Assembly: GCA_028275775.1 (NCBI GenBank)
Contig: JAPWTZ010000017.1
Span: forward strand, 1-8,719
DNA: 8,719 bases
Source of the DNA: Candidatus Nanopusillus sp.
GTDB lineage: Archaea; Nanobdellota; Nanobdellia; Nanobdellales; Nanobdellaceae
Reading direction: 5' to 3'
A program made the translations under genes and the position numbers. Below are positions 6,821 to 8,719 of this stretch, piece by piece; the first letter of the stretch is position 1, and each line of letters begins with the position of its first letter. The notes beneath the pieces were generated by a model that was not told where the DNA came from, ran no database searches, and was given only the letters and a program-made list of their open reading frames with translations.

Positions 6821-7537
6821 ATGAGTGATCAAACATTATCTTATAATCACAAAGAAGGAGAGTTTATAATTAACAGTGGATTATTACTAAGACCTTTGAA
6901 GAGCTTAGAGGAGGTATTATATAATATAATTTTTGATGAAGCGTTATTTAATATAGCCAAAAGGAGAGTTGATATAAGCGATATAATGGGAGCATATATA
7001 GATATGTTGGCATTGGTCCGTGTCCAGCCAGAAGAACGTAATGCTGATAGACCAAAATTTAGGGGTGAATATTTACTTTCCCTAGACTTTTTAGATCCAC
7101 TTTTCCTACAAGTTTTAGATCCCACAAGCCGTAAAGTTGTTTCATGTAAATCATCAGGAGGTATATCACAGTCAGATATTATTAAAATTACATGTTTAGA
7201 TTTAAAAAATGATAGTTCATATGAAATCCTTTATCCCATGGAAAATATGCGTAATAGTCTATTAGATATGCTATATTTAATACATAGAAGAGGAATGGAG
7301 ATATTTAAAGATCCTGATATTTCTAAAAAAATTGATGATAAGACCCCAATTCTTTATGGGTTATATATTAAAGCAAAAATGTATTTAACCCAAAAACCAA
7401 ACGAGCCAGACATAAAAATTTATAACAGAACACCAATATTCGGAATTTTTGAGTATAATAATGGAAGGTCTGAAATTACTATAAAGTATGAACTTATTAT
7501 ACCGGGTTATCTTTTTGTTCCTATTCTTAAAAGTTAA
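6821..7537 (+). CDS. Uncharacterised protein, paralog A of a tandem pair (the ORF track starts it at 6797; 6821 is preferred)
   Basis: Long ORF. Starting at M9 (6821), the N-terminus MSDQTLSYNHKEGE aligns residue for residue with paralog B, MDGQTQSYNFERKL. Further shared blocks: ISDIMGAYIDMLALV vs MDHLNIYMELLDTG, FRGEYLLSLDFLD vs YKGEYTGKCHFTAD, KNDSSYEILYPMENMRNSLLDML vs KKNKSYEIKSYELRDIGKIIRDL, and C-termini YELIIPGYLFVPILKS vs LRLIPLPYSK. I recognise no known domain. Confidence 0.75.
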   Translation: MSDQTLSYNHKEGEFIINSGLLLRPLKSLEEVLYNIIFDEALFNIAKRRVDISDIMGAYIDMLALVRVQPEERNADRPKFRGEYLLSLDFLDPLFLQVLDPTSRKVVSCKSSGGISQSDIIKITCLDLKNDSSYEILYPMENMRNSLLDMLYLIHRRGMEIFKDPDISKKIDDKTPILYGLYIKAKMYLTQKPNEPDIKIYNRTPIFGIFEYNNGRSEITIKYELIIPGYLFVPILKS

Positions 7538-7588
7538 AAATTTTTATGAATTTTATACCATAATCCCAACATTTTTAAATAGTTTTTT

Positions 7589-7604
7589 CTTTTAAATTTT
7601 CTTA
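7589..7604 (+). promoter_or_regulatory. Putative promoter of paralog B: TATA-like TTTTAAAT followed by the conserved TTTTCTTA element
   Basis: TTTTAAAT (7589-7596) lies 22-29 nt upstream of the ATG at 7618. TTTTCTTA (7597-7604) starts exactly 21 nt upstream, mirroring the arrangement at paralog A. Confidence 0.35.
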
Positions 7605-7617
7605 CGTTATATAACAT

Positions 7618-8205
7618 ATGGATGGTCAAACACAATCTTACAACTTTGAAAGAAAATTAGAAATTAGCTCTAAAATATCACGGCTATTAGAAACACTAGA
7701 TATAAAATTACAAGAAATGGCTAGAAAAATGAGAGGTAATATAAAAAATATGGATCATTTAAATATATATATGGAGTTACTAGATACAGGAGGAAAAGAA
7801 AAAACTTTCAGTATCAATACTGGTAGGGTATCCCTTATGAATTATAAAGGAGAATATACTGGAAAATGTCATTTCACAGCAGATGATTTATTAACAGATA
7901 ATATTCTATGTAATACTACAAAAAAGAATAAATCTTATGAAATAAAGAGTTATGAACTAAGAGATATAGGAAAAATCATCAGAGATTTATCAAATATTAT
8001 TAATGAAAGGAAAAATTCACCCAATTCGTCATATTGGTTGATATTTTATGCAGATATAGCCAACTATTTGCCATATAGCAATCCAAGAATAGTAATAGAA
8101 AAGGAGAAATCATTTCTAGATAACGCAGATATAATAATGATCTCCTATAGTACTTTTAGATCCCATATTTGTTTGAGGCTTATTCCTTTACCATATTCAA
8201 AATAA
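7618..8205 (+). CDS. Uncharacterised protein, paralog B of the tandem pair
   Basis: 195-aa ORF ending in tandem stops (TAATAA). It shares the N-terminal Q-T-x-S-Y-N motif and several collinear blocks with the upstream 6821..7537 protein. I recognise no known domain or catalytic motif. Confidence 0.75.
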   Translation: MDGQTQSYNFERKLEISSKISRLLETLDIKLQEMARKMRGNIKNMDHLNIYMELLDTGGKEKTFSINTGRVSLMNYKGEYTGKCHFTADDLLTDNILCNTTKKNKSYEIKSYELRDIGKIIRDLSNIINERKNSPNSSYWLIFYADIANYLPYSNPRIVIEKEKSFLDNADIIMISYSTFRSHICLRLIPLPYSK

Positions 8206-8264
8206 TAAGAATTTATTTTTTAGTAGCGTATTATATTATTTAATGTATGAAAGATAAATAGAAA

Positions 8265-8719
8265 TTAAATATTATATTTTTCTAGATCTTTTAAATCAAA
8301 TAAATATAAGTTATTTTCTTTAATTCTTTCTTTAAAACTCTTTGCAAATATTATATAGTATTTATTTTTTATATCTAAATTTATATATTCGGATTTTTCT
8401 TTTAAATCTTCCAATATTTCTTTTGGATTTATATTATCAGAATGTTTACATTCTATTAAATATATATCTTTTGTATTTTCACTATATGCAACTAAATCTA
8501 TTTCTTTATCTTTATACCACCATTTTCCAATTTTTGTAAATTTAAATAATCTGCTTTTTATTAAAAATTGTTTTGCTATATCTTCAAAAACGTATCCTAA
8601 ATATCTATTATAATCTCTTTTAATATCATTAATATCAAATATACCTTCTTCTATAGAACTTAAATTTGGATAAATATATCTAAACCAGAATCTAATAAAG
8701 TTATCATTTATATAATATC
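8265..8719 (-). CDS. Archaeal ATPase family protein, C-terminal DUF234 domain; 5' part lies beyond the right window edge
   Basis: This is absent from the ORF track because no start lies in the window. Hand translation of the minus strand from 8717 gives 150 codons without a stop, ending at TAA (complement of 8265-8267): YYINDNFIRFWFRYIYPNLSSIEEGIF...YLGYVFEDIAKQFL...FTKIGKWWYKDKEIDLVAYSENTKDIYLIECKHSD...YYIIFAKSFKE. This matches the DUF234 signature (dnFlRFWFrfv.P; G..FE; iGrWW...EIDiva; l.ECKw) found at the C-terminus of Arch_ATPase (PF01637-type) proteins. Confidence 0.85.
   Translation of the reverse strand, partial: YYINDNFIRFWFRYIYPNLSSIEEGIFDINDIKRDYNRYLGYVFEDIAKQFLIKSRLFKFTKIGKWWYKDKEIDLVAYSENTKDIYLIECKHSDNINPKEILEDLKEKSEYINLDIKNKYYIIFAKSFKERIKENNLYLFDLKDLEKYNI

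Noticed and set aside
6847-7125. 92-aa minus-strand ORF inside paralog A
   Set aside because: It coincides with the locally GC-enriched part of the plus-strand gene, where stop codons become rare on all frames. The plus-strand ORF is longer and is supported by its paralog.
6537-7125. Recurring TTTTAGAT motif (6537, 6557, 7089, 7113) as a dispersed repeat or operator family
   Set aside because: Rough composition-based expectation for this 8-mer is already about one per strand per window, and TTTAGA variants occur in many coding regions here (for example 1131, 1551, 1719). The two copies inside paralog A are explained by a repeated (F/V)LDP peptide.
8342-8539. 65-aa plus-strand ORF (MQILYSIYFLYLNLYIRIF...)
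   Set aside because: It is a low-complexity translation antisense to the clearly recognisable DUF234 ATPase reading frame on the minus strand.
1-8719. CRISPR arrays, tRNA or split-tRNA halves, rRNA, transposases and inverted terminal repeats
   Set aside because: I saw no periodic direct repeats of 24-40 nt, no GC-rich cloverleaf-like or half-tRNA segments in any spacer, and no transposase or integrase-like ORF in any frame. No convincing long inverted repeats flank 6500-8264.

Overview
This is a very AT-rich, tightly packed archaeal window using the standard genetic code, with mostly TAA stops. Several ATGs have a TATA-like box about 26 nt upstream, which suggests leaderless mRNAs. By inference only, the composition plus a euryarchaeal-type archaellum cluster fits a reduced Nanoarchaeota/DPANN-like genome.

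Layout:
(1) 1-3489 (+): archaellum motor cluster. It holds a 5'-truncated FlaC/FlaD/E-domain protein, a single FlaF/FlaG-like protein, FlaH and FlaI, joined by ATGA and TAATG stop/start overlaps. No FlaJ follows.
(2) 3565-4839 (+): archaeal-type tyrosyl-tRNA synthetase with low-complexity insertions.
(3) 4874-5427: two small convergent ORFs, one helical and one with two TM segments, whose stop codons share one TTAA.
(4) 5457-5505 (-): an intergenic element with near-perfect archaeal C/D box sRNA architecture.
(5) 5564-6499 (-): a GT2 glycosyltransferase.
(6) 6821-8205 (+): two tandem, divergent paralogs of a family I cannot recognise. They share an N-terminal M-x-x-Q-T-x-S-Y-N motif and a conserved upstream element.
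(7) 8265-8719 (-): the 3' part of an archaeal DUF234-type ATPase running off the window. The ORF track misses it.

The most interesting candidates are the uncharacterised paralog pair, possibly forming a module with the convergent ATPase, and the C/D box sRNA candidate. No CRISPR array, tRNA, rRNA or transposase was seen.
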